DNA of 64,000 bases from Myxococcota bacterium (GCA_965247115.1 CBDFGR010000002.1:1632001-1696000), one strand, 5' to 3'. Positions 27,862 to 39,331 are shown, counted from the stretch's first letter. The notes: generated from the letters alone by a model not told the origin. Program-made: numbers and translations.

Positions 27862-29475
27862 ATGGCGTCGGGGGCGACGGAAGCGATCGAGCCGCTGCCG
27901 CCGGAGCTCCCCGCTGCCCTCACGCGCGCCTCTGCCTATCCCGAGGACTCCGGCGCACAGAGGGGCGTGGGTACCCTCCAGACGCACATCTCCCACCTGT
28001 TCCTGACCGCGGCGCGCGTGTACAAGCTGCGCAAGGCCGTGCGTCCCGGCTTCCTGGACTTCGGAACCCGCAAGGCGCGCAACATGGATGCGCTGCGCGA
28101 GATCGAGCTCAATCGCAGGCTGGCTCCCGACGTCTATCTGGGGCTGGCGCCCGTGTGGATCGACGGCGCGGCTGCGGTGCTGGGTCCTGTGTCGGAGCAG
28201 CTCTCCGCTGGGCGCGACGACACCGGCTCGCCAGAGCACTGCGTGGTCACGCGCCGGCTTCCGGACGGGCGAGATGCGCTGAGCCTGCTCCGCGGGGGTC
28301 TCCTCCTGGATCGACACATGGACGAGGTTGCCCGCTCGCTCTGCCGCTTCCACGAGCAGGTTCGGCTCGGGACGCCGGCGCCCTTCTCCGAGCAAGAGTG
28401 GCTCGGGCGCATCGAGCGGCGTGCCCTGGCGGCGATCCCCCCGCTGCCGGGTGGCGCCGAGCTGCGCGTCGCGGTTCGCTCCTTTCTCTCGGAGAACGCC
28501 GCGCGCTTCGAGACGCGCCGGCTCGCAGGCCGAGCAGTGGACGCTCACGGAGACCTGCACCTGGAGCACATCTGGTTCGAACCCGACGACGCGCGGCCTC
28601 TCTTCATCGACTGCCTGGAGTTCAGCGACGACCTGCGCCGGATCGACGCGGCCTCGGAGGTGGCGTTTCTCTCGATGGACCTCGAGTACCGCGAGCGTCA
28701 CGACCTTGGCGAGCGTTTTCTGCGCGGCTACGCCAGCGAGAGCGACGACTTCGATCTCTACGCAGTCGTCGACTTCTTCGCGAGCTATCGCGCAGCCGTG
28801 CGCTCGCTCGTGGCCGCCCTCGCCGCGGACGACGCCGGGCTGTCCGAGGAGCGGCGCCGGGGTGCCGCGGGGAGCGCCACGCGTCACCTCGCCCTGGCCG
28901 AGAAGCGGCTCGCGCATAAGGGCGTGGGAGAGCTGGTGCTCATGTGTGGCATCGTGGGCACCGGCAAGAGCTCGGCGGCCGAGGTCGCCGCCGAGGCGCT
29001 CGAGGGGGTCATGATCTCCTCGGACCGCGTGCGAAAGCGACTGTTCGGCCTTGCGCCCGACGAGCACACCCACCTCGGCGACTACGAGTGTATCTACACA
29101 CCGGAGCGTAGCGCGCGTGTATACCGCGGGCTGCTCGAGCGAGCAGAGCCAGTGATCGAATCCGGACGTAGCGCGATCCTGGACGCAGCTCACACGCGCT
29201 CCGCGGAGCGACAGGACGCGATCGAGTTCGCCCGCGCGCGGGAAATCTCGGTCCGCGTTCTCGAGACACGCTGCGCGGAAGAGACGACGCTCCAGCGACT
29301 CGGTCGACGAGAGCGAGCGGGGTCCGATCCCTCGGACGCTGGCCCCTCTTTCTACGCCCGGAGCGCCGCGGACTTCGAGCCCGTTCGGGCCGCGGACGGC
29401 GTGGACCATCTGCTCGTGCAAACGGACGAGGAGGATTGGCACGCCAGGCTGCGCGAGGCTCTCGCTGGCCCCTAG
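27862..29475 (+). CDS. Bifunctional phosphotransferase-like / P-loop kinase (AAA_33) protein
   Basis: QTHISHLFL, YKLRK, ELNRRLAP, HGDLHLEH, DCLEF; Walker A GIVGTGKS; SSDRVRK. Confidence 0.88.
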   Translation: MASGATEAIEPLPPELPAALTRASAYPEDSGAQRGVGTLQTHISHLFLTAARVYKLRKAVRPGFLDFGTRKARNMDALREIELNRRLAPDVYLGLAPVWIDGAAAVLGPVSEQLSAGRDDTGSPEHCVVTRRLPDGRDALSLLRGGLLLDRHMDEVARSLCRFHEQVRLGTPAPFSEQEWLGRIERRALAAIPPLPGGAELRVAVRSFLSENAARFETRRLAGRAVDAHGDLHLEHIWFEPDDARPLFIDCLEFSDDLRRIDAASEVAFLSMDLEYRERHDLGERFLRGYASESDDFDLYAVVDFFASYRAAVRSLVAALAADDAGLSEERRRGAAGSATRHLALAEKRLAHKGVGELVLMCGIVGTGKSSAAEVAAEALEGVMISSDRVRKRLFGLAPDEHTHLGDYECIYTPERSARVYRGLLERAEPVIESGRSAILDAAHTRSAERQDAIEFARAREISVRVLETRCAEETTLQRLGRRERAGSDPSDAGPSFYARSAADFEPVRAADGVDHLLVQTDEEDWHARLREALAGP

Positions 29476-30119
29476 CGGCTCGCGCTCTGCTGGCCCCCAA
29501 CCATAGGGACGAACGAGACGCCGCCGTGTGCGCTGCGCCTAACGGTTCCGTCGGCGTCCTTCTCGACGAGGACGAGCTCCTGGAAGGTCGAGCCCGTCGG
29601 CACCACGAGCCTTCCTCCCGCCGCAAGCTGCTCGATCAGCTCCTCTGGGATCTCGCGAGTTGCACAGGCGGCGATGATCGCGTCGAACGGTGCGGCTTCG
29701 GGCCAGCCTTCCTGACCATCGCCACAGCGGCAATGCACGTTGCCGTAGCTCTCGAGGGGAGCTCGTGCGGCCGCGGCGAGCTCGGGGATGAACTCGATCG
29801 TGTAGACCTCGGAGACGAGCTCGGCCAGCACCGCCGCTTGGTAGCCGGAGCCCGTGCCGACGTCGAGCGCGCGGCGAGTCTCGGGGGTCGTCGCCAGCTC
29901 CGTCATCAAGGCAACGATGTAGGGTTGACTGATCGTCTGCCCGTGCCCAATCGGGAGCGGTCGATCCTCGTATGCGAGATCGCGGAGGTCGGGAGGTACG
30001 AACAGGTCTCGAGGCACCTTCCGCAGCTCGGCCAGCACGCGGGGGTCGGAAATCCCGCGCGCCTCGAACTGCTCGCGCACCATCCGCTCGCGAAGGTCGG
30101 CGTACGAGCGCTCGCTCAG
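29472..30119 (-). CDS. pcm: Protein-L-isoaspartate O-methyltransferase; probable CTG start
   Basis: [49 protein letters not shown]-track start is 30083. Confidence 0.92.
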   Translation of the reverse strand: MSERSYADLRERMVREQFEARGISDPRVLAELRKVPRDLFVPPDLRDLAYEDRPLPIGHGQTISQPYIVALMTELATTPETRRALDVGTGSGYQAAVLAELVSEVYTIEFIPELAAAARAPLESYGNVHCRCGDGQEGWPEAAPFDAIIAACATREIPEELIEQLAAGGRLVVPTGSTFQELVLVEKDADGTVRRSAHGGVSFVPMVGGQQSASR

Positions 30120-32419
30120 AGCGCCACCCTCCGCAGCCGCAGCGCGTTGCTGATCACCGAGAGCGAGCTCAGGCTCATGGCCGCCGCTGCGATCATCGGG
30201 CTCAGCAGCAGCCCGATCAGCGGGTAGAGGACGCCCGCTGCGACGGGTACTCCGAGCGAGTTGTAGACGAAGGCAAGGAACAGGTTCTGCCGGATGTTGC
30301 GCATGGTCTGGCTGCTCAGCCGACGGGCGCGCACGATTCCGCGCAGATCGCCTCGGAGCAAGGTGACGCCCGCGCTCTCCATCGCCACGTCCGTTCCGCC
30401 CCCCATCGCAATGCCCACGTGCGCGCGTGCCAGAGCCGGCGCGTCGTTGATGCCGTCGCCGGCCATGGCCACCGTATGACCCTGCTGCTGGAGCTGCTCC
30501 ACGACCCGGGACTTCTGCTCGGGAAGCACGTTCGCGATCACCTCGTCGAGACCGAGGGTCGCCGCGACCGAGTTGGCAGTCGCCGCGTCGTCGCCCGTCA
30601 GCATCACGATGCGCAGACCCGCCGCGTGCAGCGCCTCGATCGCCTCACTTGTGGATTCCTTGAGCGGATCGGCCACCCCGAGCACGCCCACGAGCTGCCC
30701 GTCGACCGCGACGAACACGACGGTCTGTCCCAGCGCTCTCATACTCGAAGCGCGTTGCTCGAATTCGCCTGGCTCGACCCCGAGCTCGACAAGGAGCGCT
30801 CGGTTGCCGACCGCAACCAGATGCTCCTTCACGCTCCCGATCACGCCACGGCCGGTACGCGAGTCGAAGTCCTCGACCGGGTAGAGCTCGAGCTCCCGCT
30901 CGAGGGCAGCCCCTACGATGGAGCCGGCCAGGGGATGCTCGCTGCTTCTCTCCAGACTCGCAGCCAGCTCGAGCAAGGAGCCGACGTCCCAGCCGGAGGC
31001 GACCTCTGTCTGTACGAGCACCGGCCGCCCCTCCGTCAGGGTCCCCGTCTTGTCGATCACGAGCACGTCGACGTCGCGCAAGATCTCGATGGCCTCCGCG
31101 TTCTTGAACAGGACACCCGCGCCCGCGCCCCTGCCGCTCGCCACCATGATGGACATGGGCGTGGCCAGGCCGAGCGCACAGGGGCAGGCGATGATCAGGA
31201 CGGCGACGGCAATGATGAGGCCGTGCGCAAGGCGGGGCTCTGGCCCGACCGTGGCCCACACGGCGAACGCGAGCAGCGCGGCCGCGATCACAGCGGGGAC
31301 GAAGTAGCCGGCGACGACGTCGACCAGACGCTGGATCGGCGCCCGACTGCGCTGCGCCTCCGAGACCATCTGTACGATCCGGGCGAGCACGGTCTCGGAC
31401 CCGACCCGCTGCGCCTCGATGACGAGCGACCCACTCCCGTTGACGGTGGCTCCGGTCACCCCGTCGCCCTCACGCTTCGCGACGGGCAGCGGCTCCCCAG
31501 TGAGCATGGACTCGTCGACGCTGCTGCTCCCCTCAACCACGATGCCGTCTGTGGGAACCCGTTCGCCCGGCCGTACGCGGAGGCGATCGCCCACGCGAAC
31601 CTGGTCGAGCGCCACGTCGCGTTCTGTCCCGTCGGGGTCGAGCAGACGGCCCGTCTCTGGCGCGAGCCCGAGCAGGGCACGGATCGCCGCCCCCGTTCGA
31701 TGCCGTGCTCGTAGCTCGAGCACCTGACCGAGCAGGACCAGCGTGGTGATCACGGCGGCGGCCTCGAAGTAGACCGCGATCTCTCCACCTGGCCCGCGGA
31801 ACGATTCCGGGAAGCTCCCTGGAAGCAGCGTGGCGATGACGCTGTAGAGGTAGGCCGCGCCCGTTCCGAGGGCGATCAGCGTGAACATGTTCAGGTGGCG
31901 CGAGCGTAGCGAGGCCCAGCCGCGCGCAAAGAAGGGCCAGCCGCCCCAGAGCACGACGGGAGTCGCGAGAGCGAGCTCTGCCCAGAGCAGTACTCCCGGC
32001 TCAAACGCACGGGCGAGCGGCTGCCCCGGGATCACCTCGGCCATGGCGATTCCGAATACGGGTGCGGTCAGGGTCAGGCCCACCCAGAAGCGGCGCGTCA
32101 TGTCCTCGAGCTCGGGGTTCGACCCGTCCCCGTCGACGCTCGCCACGATCGGTTCGAGCGCCATGCCGCAGCTGGGACAGATTCCCTGGCCGCGCTGTCG
32201 GACCTCGGGGTGCATCGGGCAGGTGTACTCGGCGGCGGGGTCCTCGCTGGAGTGCAGCGAGCGCTCTCCGACGTACCCCTCAGGGTCCTGACGAAACCTC
32301 TCCAGACAACCCTCGCTGCAGAAGCCGTACCGCTGGCCCCGGTACTCCTGTCTTCGCTCGGTGTCGAGGGCGACCTGCATCCCGCAAACCGGGTCCCGCT
32401 CGCTCGTCAGGCTCTCCAC
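30116..32419 (-). CDS. copA: Cu(I)-exporting P1B-type ATPase with N-terminal YHS and CPMHP domains
   Basis: DPVCGM..FCSEGC (YHS), YTCPMHP, TGEP, CPC, DKTGT, SEHP, GDGIND, YN, MxxSS. Confidence 0.93.
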   Translation of the reverse strand: MESLTSERDPVCGMQVALDTERRQEYRGQRYGFCSEGCLERFRQDPEGYVGERSLHSSEDPAAEYTCPMHPEVRQRGQGICPSCGMALEPIVASVDGDGSNPELEDMTRRFWVGLTLTAPVFGIAMAEVIPGQPLARAFEPGVLLWAELALATPVVLWGGWPFFARGWASLRSRHLNMFTLIALGTGAAYLYSVIATLLPGSFPESFRGPGGEIAVYFEAAAVITTLVLLGQVLELRARHRTGAAIRALLGLAPETGRLLDPDGTERDVALDQVRVGDRLRVRPGERVPTDGIVVEGSSSVDESMLTGEPLPVAKREGDGVTGATVNGSGSLVIEAQRVGSETVLARIVQMVSEAQRSRAPIQRLVDVVAGYFVPAVIAAALLAFAVWATVGPEPRLAHGLIIAVAVLIIACPCALGLATPMSIMVASGRGAGAGVLFKNAEAIEILRDVDVLVIDKTGTLTEGRPVLVQTEVASGWDVGSLLELAASLERSSEHPLAGSIVGAALERELELYPVEDFDSRTGRGVIGSVKEHLVAVGNRALLVELGVEPGEFEQRASSMRALGQTVVFVAVDGQLVGVLGVADPLKESTSEAIEALHAAGLRIVMLTGDDAATANSVAATLGLDEVIANVLPEQKSRVVEQLQQQGHTVAMAGDGINDAPALARAHVGIAMGGGTDVAMESAGVTLLRGDLRGIVRARRLSSQTMRNIRQNLFLAFVYNSLGVPVAAGVLYPLIGLLLSPMIAAAAMSLSSLSVISNALRLRRVAL

Positions 32420-32619
32420 GGCTTCGAACTGTACACTCGAGCCGGAAGATATGCCCCGATCGAGTACTGAGCCACAGGGCGCACCGCCTGCTCGCTCGGG
32501 ATGGACGCCTCTGCCGAGCGAGCCTGGACCAGGTACGTGATCAGCGCGTTCGCCGTTCCCACCGAGGTCCTGGCGAGGAGGATGTAGAGGAGCTGGCGGG
32601 ACCCGATACGTACCGCAGC

Positions 32620-33906
32620 GTGGGGGACGAGCACAGGACGCTGCGGTACATGACTCGCTTTCGATGCATTGGTGTCGAGTGTGAGGATACCTGTTGCGAG
32701 TACTGGCACATCGACATAGACAAATCGAGCTACAAGAGGATCAGGCACGCCATGAACGGCTCGCCTGGGGAACGAAAGACATTCTCCGAGGCCGTCGTCC
32801 GTTCTCGCCAGGCCGTCAAGAGCAAGGGCGCCTATGCAGAGCTCGGACTCAGACAGGACGGGTCGTGCAGGTTTCTGACTGAAGAAAAGCAGTGCTCCCT
32901 CCATTCCCGGTACGGTCCGAGCATTCTTCCCGACGTCTGCGCCTCCTACCCGCGGGTTGCCCAGCGGGTTGGTGATCGGATCGAGCTCTCCGGAAGGCTG
33001 AGCTGTCCGGAGGTGGCGCGCCTCTGCCTGCTTGCGGATGACGCCCTCGAGATGGAGCGCCTCGAGCCATCGCTCATGGAGGGGCATCGCGTCCGACACA
33101 AGCCCCTGCAGCTGAATCCGGAGCTCCCTTATCAAGCCGCGTTCGAGGCCGTTCGCGAGCTGGCAGTCATGCTGCTGCGGACCCGGTCGTACCCGCTGTC
33201 TTCTCGGCTGTTCTTCATCGGGTCCTTGGCCCTGCGCACGGATCCTCATTTCCGCGACCTCGAGGCGCTTGGTACAGAAATCGAACGTCTCTGCGATCCT
33301 CACGCGCTCGAGCGGCTGCATGAGCAACTGGCGGAAACCACGACGGGCGATCACGGCACGATGTACATCGTAGGTCGTAGCCTCATGGATCTACTGAACG
33401 ACGTGAGGCACCCGACCCTACGACGAGTGATTACGCGGGCCTTTGCAAGCTACGCCGGCGTCGCCGCCGGAGCAATCGAAGCGGAGGTAACGCCCGAGTC
33501 CTCCTTGAGTGTTAAGGAGGCGGAGTCCGCCTACCTGCGACGCAGACAAACGTATGCGGCGTTGCGCGATCGAATCGAGCGCTACTTCGAGAACTACGCG
33601 CTCAACTACTTCATGACCGAAGCGTACGTACGCTCGCCGTCACTCCTGGACCACCTGGAGAAGCTGCTGATGCGCATGGTGATCCTCCACGTGCTCCTGA
33701 TGGGTCACCCCGAGCTGCACCAGGCCTTCCTGGAGTCTGATCGACAGGTGACCCTCACGACTCTGGATCGAGCGGTGGTTGAGACCGTCTATTCGTTTAG
33801 CCGCGGGATCGAGCACGACCCGAGCTGCGTCGCCAGCATGCACAGAGCCTGGGAGGCAGTGCCGAGTCCGGAGCGTCTCCATCGCCTGTTGGAGCTTCTC
33901 GGCTAG
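32620..33906 (+). CDS. fliB: Flagellin lysine-N-methylase (FliB) family protein
   Basis: [50 protein letters not shown]; start uncertain (32620 or 32650). Confidence 0.8.
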   Translation: MGDEHRTLRYMTRFRCIGVECEDTCCEYWHIDIDKSSYKRIRHAMNGSPGERKTFSEAVVRSRQAVKSKGAYAELGLRQDGSCRFLTEEKQCSLHSRYGPSILPDVCASYPRVAQRVGDRIELSGRLSCPEVARLCLLADDALEMERLEPSLMEGHRVRHKPLQLNPELPYQAAFEAVRELAVMLLRTRSYPLSSRLFFIGSLALRTDPHFRDLEALGTEIERLCDPHALERLHEQLAETTTGDHGTMYIVGRSLMDLLNDVRHPTLRRVITRAFASYAGVAAGAIEAEVTPESSLSVKEAESAYLRRRQTYAALRDRIERYFENYALNYFMTEAYVRSPSLLDHLEKLLMRMVILHVLLMGHPELHQAFLESDRQVTLTTLDRAVVETVYSFSRGIEHDPSCVASMHRAWEAVPSPERLHRLLELLG

Positions 33907-36314
33907 ACGCTGAGATCTATGAGGAGACCGTTCGTCTGCCCCGAAGTGGGGCGGAGGGCGTCCTTGAACATGTCCTCGAGCTCCCTCACCGTCTCGATGA
34001 GCGATACCACGAGCCCCTCTTTCTTCCCCTGCGAGTCCCCCCGAAACAGGAAGTCCGAGAGCTCCGCAAGATCCTCCTCGAGCGCGTTCGCCAGCTTGCT
34101 ATCGCTGTAACCGAAGACGCCGTCTTGCCCTTCGCGGAAGTCGAAGTCGATTCCGAAGCGCGAACGCAGCTTGTACTCGCCGGTCTCTCCCAGGATCTTC
34201 GAGAAGGAATCCGAGATCGTGCCCGCTAGCGCCTGCTCGATGGCCGGCCGCAGCTCCGCATCCAGACCCTCGAAGCTGTTCTCGAAGATCTCGTCCAGCT
34301 CGCTGCCGAACCGCTCGAGCTCGCGCTCGAAAGCGACGGGCTCCTCGAGGGCCCTTCCACCAGCGCCGTCCGAGGGTGGGGCCTTGAACGTGCCGTCCGT
34401 GATGTTCAGGGCGCTGAAGAAGTTGCTCGTTCCGCCATCCAGAACGAGGTCCGCGCTCGTCGATTGCGAGACGATAGTCACCAGGTTGCTGCTCTCTTTG
34501 TACGAGGCCGTAACACCGGCCCCCGAGCTGTTGATCCGTGCGATCACGTCGTTGAGGGAGTCCGTGCCGACGTCGACCGCGATGGAGACCCCATTGACCT
34601 CGAAGTTCCCGTTGCTGGCTTCCGACAGGTCCGCCACGGTGGAGATGGTCCGGTCGGAGTCGTGGCCCTCTCCGCCCGCGATGGTTGTCGGAGCGTCGAG
34701 CTTGGTCGCCGCCAGGAAGCCGGAGATGTCGTTCTCGAGCACCACCGACTTGAAGGAGCCAGCTGTTTGTTGCGTGACGACGACCTTGTCGCGCGCCGCG
34801 TCGAAACTGGCCGTGACCCCAGCTCCTGCGCTGTTGATTTTACCTGCCACGCTGTTGACCGTGTCGTCCGCGGCCACGTTGATGGTGACGCCGTTCACGT
34901 CGAACGAGCCCGCCGTGACGGAGAGGCCGGAGTCAAACCTGGGATCCTGATCGAGGGTTCCGTTGAAGGGGTTGTCGGGGTCGAGAGCCGTGCCCACGCT
35001 GGTGGAGACGCTGACGGTGAAGTCCTCGTTCTTCTTCAGGTAGCCCGCGTCGAACTGGAGCGTGAGGCCGTTGTTGAGGGTGAGCTCCGTGTTGGCGGGC
35101 AGGCTGTCGAAGTCCAGGTTCTGGATCGTGACAAACGATTCGTCACGAATGTTGATCCGGATCCGGCCGGAGTCACCGACGTTCCGATTGTCCCGGATCC
35201 GGAAGAGGAGATCCTGGTCTCCCTGGTCGCCATCGTAGATGCCGCCGATGATGGGCCGGGCCGTCGTCTGGGGGGAGCCTTGGTTGATGGTCGGCAGGAC
35301 CGGCGTGAAGGAGGTTGGCGTCGTGTTGACCTCTTCTCCGGACTCCGCGGCGGCGAACTGGGCCGACCCGGTCGGTGTGGCGCCGGCCAGCTTCGTTGCC
35401 GCGAGGAAACCCGAGGTATCGTTCCCGACCACGAGTCCTGCGCCGGCTGTGTTCTCGGTCAGTACGACCGAGTCGGTTGCGGCATCGAAGCTCGCCGTTA
35501 CGTCGGCAGCCGACGCCGTGATCTTGGCGACCACGCTGTTGATCGAGTCGTCCGCGGCGACGTTGATGGTTACGCCGTTCAGGTCGAACGAGCCCGCCGT
35601 GACGGAGAGGCCGGGCTCGAACTTGGGATCCTGATCCCGCGTCCCGTTGAAGGCCTTCGTCGGGTCGACATCCGTCCCCACACTGGTGGAGACATCGACG
35701 TAGAAGTTCTCGTTCTTCTTCAGGTAGCCCGCGTCGAACTGGAGCGTGAGGCCGTTGTTCAGCGTGAGCTCCGTGTTGGCCGGCAGGCTGTCGAAATCCA
35801 GGTTCTGGATGGTCTTGTTGGCCTCATTCCGGATGTTGATCCGGATCCGGCCCGAGTCGCCGATGTTCCGGTTGTCGCGCACCCGGAACTTGAGCTGCTG
35901 GTCGCCCTGGTCACCGTCGTAGACGCCCCCGATGACGGGCTGGGCCGTCGACTGGGGGCCGTCGAAGGTCGGCAGGACGGGCGAGTAGGAGGTCGTCGCC
36001 GTGTTGACCTCTTCGGTGGACCGGAGCGTGGCAATGGTCGGCGCTTCGCGGACCAGAGCGATGGCCGTGCTCGAGGCCGCCTTCGCGGGGTCGGCGGGTC
36101 CGGCCAACGCCTTATCTGATCTGCCTGTCTTCTCCAGCCGCTCGAGGGAGGCGCGGAGCTTGCCGAGCTGCGAGAGGACGTTCTTGAGAGCCTCCGGCGT
36201 CGAGCCGGGCTCGTCCTTTTGCTCCGGGCGCGTTCTGGTCCGGACGCGCAGCTCTGCCAGCTTGATCTGTTGGGGCAGCAGAGCCGCAAGTCGTGGGGGG
36301 ATCGAGCCGAGCAT
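33903..36314 (-). CDS. Divergent FliD-like (filament cap / flagellin hook-IN repeat) protein with internal ~228-aa duplication
   Basis: Three (L/V)NGVxIxVxxxxxxNxVxxxIxxxxAxVTAS segments; helical N- and C-termini (SKLANALEEDLAELSDFLF); SD GGAGG. Confidence 0.6.
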   Translation of the reverse strand: MLGSIPPRLAALLPQQIKLAELRVRTRTRPEQKDEPGSTPEALKNVLSQLGKLRASLERLEKTGRSDKALAGPADPAKAASSTAIALVREAPTIATLRSTEEVNTATTSYSPVLPTFDGPQSTAQPVIGGVYDGDQGDQQLKFRVRDNRNIGDSGRIRINIRNEANKTIQNLDFDSLPANTELTLNNGLTLQFDAGYLKKNENFYVDVSTSVGTDVDPTKAFNGTRDQDPKFEPGLSVTAGSFDLNGVTINVAADDSINSVVAKITASAADVTASFDAATDSVVLTENTAGAGLVVGNDTSGFLAATKLAGATPTGSAQFAAAESGEEVNTTPTSFTPVLPTINQGSPQTTARPIIGGIYDGDQGDQDLLFRIRDNRNVGDSGRIRINIRDESFVTIQNLDFDSLPANTELTLNNGLTLQFDAGYLKKNEDFTVSVSTSVGTALDPDNPFNGTLDQDPRFDSGLSVTAGSFDVNGVTINVAADDTVNSVAGKINSAGAGVTASFDAARDKVVVTQQTAGSFKSVVLENDISGFLAATKLDAPTTIAGGEGHDSDRTISTVADLSEASNGNFEVNGVSIAVDVGTDSLNDVIARINSSGAGVTASYKESSNLVTIVSQSTSADLVLDGGTSNFFSALNITDGTFKAPPSDGAGGRALEEPVAFERELERFGSELDEIFENSFEGLDAELRPAIEQALAGTISDSFSKILGETGEYKLRSRFGIDFDFREGQDGVFGYSDSKLANALEEDLAELSDFLFRGDSQGKKEGLVVSLIETVRELEDMFKDALRPTSGQTNGLLIDLSV
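34730..36020 (-). repeat. Intragenic tandem duplication, period ~684 bp (boundaries approximate)
   Basis: TCGTCCGCGG at 34864 and 35548; identical peptides IQNLDFDSLPANTELTLNNGLTLQFDAGYLKKNE and GDSGRIRINIR in both units. Confidence 0.85.
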
Positions 36315-36356
36315 GTGGCGCCTCCGTGCGCGAGTGGGACTCTGCCTTCAGTGTCC

Positions 36357-36383
36357 CTTTCGGCACGGGTGCGTCAGGAGTGA
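36357..36383 (-). promoter_or_regulatory. Putative sigma28 (FliA) promoter of the FliD-like gene
   Basis: TCAC-N15-GCCGAAAG versus consensus TAAA-N15-GCCGATAA. Confidence 0.45.
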
Positions 36384-36517
36384 AGTCTGCCGCTCACCTG
36401 CGTACGCGTGTGCACGGGCTGCGCAAGACTTGCCGGACGTGCTGCAGAATGGTCAGGCTGACAGCGCGCCTCAACTCGTGACGCCGCACGGCCGATCGCT
36501 GGCCTGGAGGGTTCGGC

Positions 36518-39331
36518 GTGCGCGCTCTGCGACTTCCCGTGCTCTATCTGCTCTTCCTTGCCTCCGGTGTGAGCGGGCTCGTCTACCAGGTGATCTGGGT
36601 GCGCCAGCTCGGTCTGGTCTTCGGGACCACCGTGGGCTCGGCGTCGCTGGTGACCGCGGTCTTCATGAGCGGGCTGGGGCTCGGGAGCTACCTCGCGGGT
36701 CGTTGGATCGACGCGGCGCACGCTCGCTCCCCGACGCTGCCACTGCGCGCGTATGGGCTCTTCGAGCTCGGCATTGCCGGGCTCGGACTGTGTCTTGTCG
36801 TCGCTCTGCCCACGCTTCAGGAGCTGGCCCCGGTGCTCGCCGACTACCGCGTCGACGCCTCCGGCTGGCATGTGCTCTCGGGCGGATCGCGTGCGCTGCA
36901 GTACGGCATCGCCTGCGCCCTGCTTCTGCCGCCGACGCTGCTGATGGGCGGCACACTCACGCTCTTGATCCGCTTGCTGCTCGTGTCTGACCTGAAAGCG
37001 GCAGGCTGGCGCACCGGCGTGCTCTACGGCTTCAACACGGCTGGGGCGGCACTCGGCGCCCTGCTGGCGGACTTCGTGCTGGTGCCCGAGCTGGGGCTGC
37101 TACGCACGCAGCTCGGCGCGGTGCTCCTCAACGCCTGCGCTGCGGTCGGCGCCCTCGTGCTCGCACGTCACTGGTCTCCACTCGGTGCCCTGCCACCTAC
37201 GGGGCCGGAGCTCGCCGGGGAGCGAGAGCCCTCGGGAGAGAATCGCGTACTCGTCCTCACCGCGTGCGCCATCGGGTTGTCGGGATTCGCAGCCATGGGC
37301 ATGGAGATGCTCTGGTTCCGCCACCTCATCTCGTTGCTCGGCGGCTATCGCTCCACCTTCTCGGCCCTGCTCGCGGTGATCCTCGTGGGCATCTGGCTCG
37401 GCTCGCTGGGAGCCGGCTGGTGCGAACGACGTTGGGGTCGACCGGCGCGACTCTACATGCTCTCGCAGGCGGGCTTCGCGGTGAGCGCGCTGGCGCTGCT
37501 CGCGCTCTACGATGGTCGGGAGGCACGCGCTCTCGACAGCGCCTGGCTGGCGACGCTCCTACCCATGCTCGCCCTCGCAGGACTTCCAGCGCTGCTCATG
37601 GGCGCCGCCTTTCCGCTCGCAAACGCGCACGTGCAGCGGAGCGTGGCGCACATCGGTCGACGTGCGGGGCTCCTCTATCTCGCGAACACACTTGGCAGCG
37701 TCGCGGGCGGTCTTGCTACGGGATTCTGGCTGCTGCCGTCCGCCGGAGTGCAGGGCAGCGCGTTGCTGCTCGCTGCGCTCGGCCTGGGAGCGGTCGTGCC
37801 TCTGGCTCTCTCGGTTCGCAACGAGCTCGACCGCCCAGCCCGCTTGACCCTGCTCGGTGTTGCGATGGGAGCTCTGTGCGTCCTGGCCCTATACGCACGA
37901 CTGCCCATGGAGTATCTGAGCCTACGCGTGCTCGACCGCGAGCTGCTCGCGACCAGCCGCCTCGTCGCCATCGGCGAGGGTCAGGTCGAGACGGTCGCCG
38001 TGCTCGAGTCGATGGAGGGCGAGCGTGCCCTCTACACCAACGGCCACAACATGTCCGGGACCGGTTTGGCGGGACAGCGCTACATGCGCGCCTTCGCCCA
38101 CGTCCCCCTGCTGCTGAGTGAGTCGCCAAGGGACGTCCTCGTGATTTGCTTTGGCGTGGGCAACACGGCACATGCCGCGTCGCTGCATCCCAGTCTGGAA
38201 AGGCTCGAGATCGCGGACCTGTCGCGCAACGTGCTCGAGCACGCCCCCTACTTCCGGCGCTGGAATCATGACGTTCTGCTGGATCCGCGCACCTCGATTT
38301 TCGTGAACGACGGCCGTCACCACCTGCGAGGTCAGCCGGAGGAGAGCTACGACCTGGTGACGATGGAGCCGCCGCCCATCGCCTACGCCGGCGTCGCCTC
38401 GCTGTACTCCCGCGAGTTCTACGAGCTCGTGCGCAGCCGACTCAAGCCCGGTGGCTTCACCACGCAGTGGCTGCCCGTGTACCAGGTCTCGCCAGAGGTC
38501 TCGCGTGCGCTCGTCCGTGCCTTCGTCGACGTGTTTCCGGAGGCCGTGCTGTTCGCCGGCGCCGGCTCCAATCTGATCCTGCTTGGACAGCGAGGCAAGT
38601 TCGCAAACGTCGATCCCCGGCAGCTCGCCGCTCGCATGCGGGAAAGGCCCGCGGTAGCGGGCGACCTGCGACGCATCCTGATGGGGTCGCCGACCGAGAT
38701 TCTGGGCGCCATCGTGGCCGCGGGCAGCTCGTTGCGCGCCGCGGTGGAGGGCGTCGAGCCAGTCACCGATGACCTGCCGCTCCTCGAGTACGGTGTCCAC
38801 GCCGGGCGCCACGTCGTGCGGCTGCCGCGCGAGCTCTTCGCTTTCTCGGGTGTCAGAGACATCTGCCCGACCTGTGCGAGCGCGACCGAGGTGGCCGGGC
38901 TCGCTGGACACCAGAGCGTGATGCGCGCCGTTCATACCAGCGAGAGCTTTCTCCGAGGGCGCGAGCCGAGCGCGGCGGAGTCCGGACTACCAGAGGACCT
39001 GCTGAAAGAGCCCGGAGTGCTGGCCGCGCTTCGCGACAGCCCGTACCTGCGCCTCCTGAGCTCGCCGCACGAGGCCAAGTACGAGCGGGCCCTGCGTGCC
39101 TACATGTCGGGAGATCCAGAACGGGCCGCCGAGCTGCTCGAGCAGCTGCTCGTCGAGAGCCCCGTACACGCCTTTGCGCACAGGGACGTGGGACGGGCGC
39201 GGCTGGCTGCTGGCGACTTCGAAGCGGCCGCCGAGGCGTTCCGGGCCGCCCTGCGTCTCGACCCCAGCGACGGGCAGGCGGGTTCGGGACTGGAGCTGGC
39301 TCTCAGGGGTGAGCTGCAAAGCGCTCGGTGA
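36518..39331 (+). CDS. Fused membrane (MFS-like) / spermidine synthase-like SAM-binding protein with C-terminal TPRs
   Basis: SGVSGLVYQVIW, LYGFNTAGA, LYLANTLGS; VLVICFGVGNT, NDGRHHL, YDLVTMEPPP, LYSREFY; TPR-like end. Confidence 0.85.
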   Translation: MRALRLPVLYLLFLASGVSGLVYQVIWVRQLGLVFGTTVGSASLVTAVFMSGLGLGSYLAGRWIDAAHARSPTLPLRAYGLFELGIAGLGLCLVVALPTLQELAPVLADYRVDASGWHVLSGGSRALQYGIACALLLPPTLLMGGTLTLLIRLLLVSDLKAAGWRTGVLYGFNTAGAALGALLADFVLVPELGLLRTQLGAVLLNACAAVGALVLARHWSPLGALPPTGPELAGEREPSGENRVLVLTACAIGLSGFAAMGMEMLWFRHLISLLGGYRSTFSALLAVILVGIWLGSLGAGWCERRWGRPARLYMLSQAGFAVSALALLALYDGREARALDSAWLATLLPMLALAGLPALLMGAAFPLANAHVQRSVAHIGRRAGLLYLANTLGSVAGGLATGFWLLPSAGVQGSALLLAALGLGAVVPLALSVRNELDRPARLTLLGVAMGALCVLALYARLPMEYLSLRVLDRELLATSRLVAIGEGQVETVAVLESMEGERALYTNGHNMSGTGLAGQRYMRAFAHVPLLLSESPRDVLVICFGVGNTAHAASLHPSLERLEIADLSRNVLEHAPYFRRWNHDVLLDPRTSIFVNDGRHHLRGQPEESYDLVTMEPPPIAYAGVASLYSREFYELVRSRLKPGGFTTQWLPVYQVSPEVSRALVRAFVDVFPEAVLFAGAGSNLILLGQRGKFANVDPRQLAARMRERPAVAGDLRRILMGSPTEILGAIVAAGSSLRAAVEGVEPVTDDLPLLEYGVHAGRHVVRLPRELFAFSGVRDICPTCASATEVAGLAGHQSVMRAVHTSESFLRGREPSAAESGLPEDLLKEPGVLAALRDSPYLRLLSSPHEAKYERALRAYMSGDPERAAELLEQLLVESPVHAFAHRDVGRARLAAGDFEAAAEAFRAALRLDPSDGQAGSGLELALRGELQSAR

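Noticed and set aside
19935..29475. Aminoglycoside resistance genes (two APH-fold proteins)
   Set aside because: Motifs fit the ACAD10/11-like and APH-AAA_33 housekeeping families; no mobile context.
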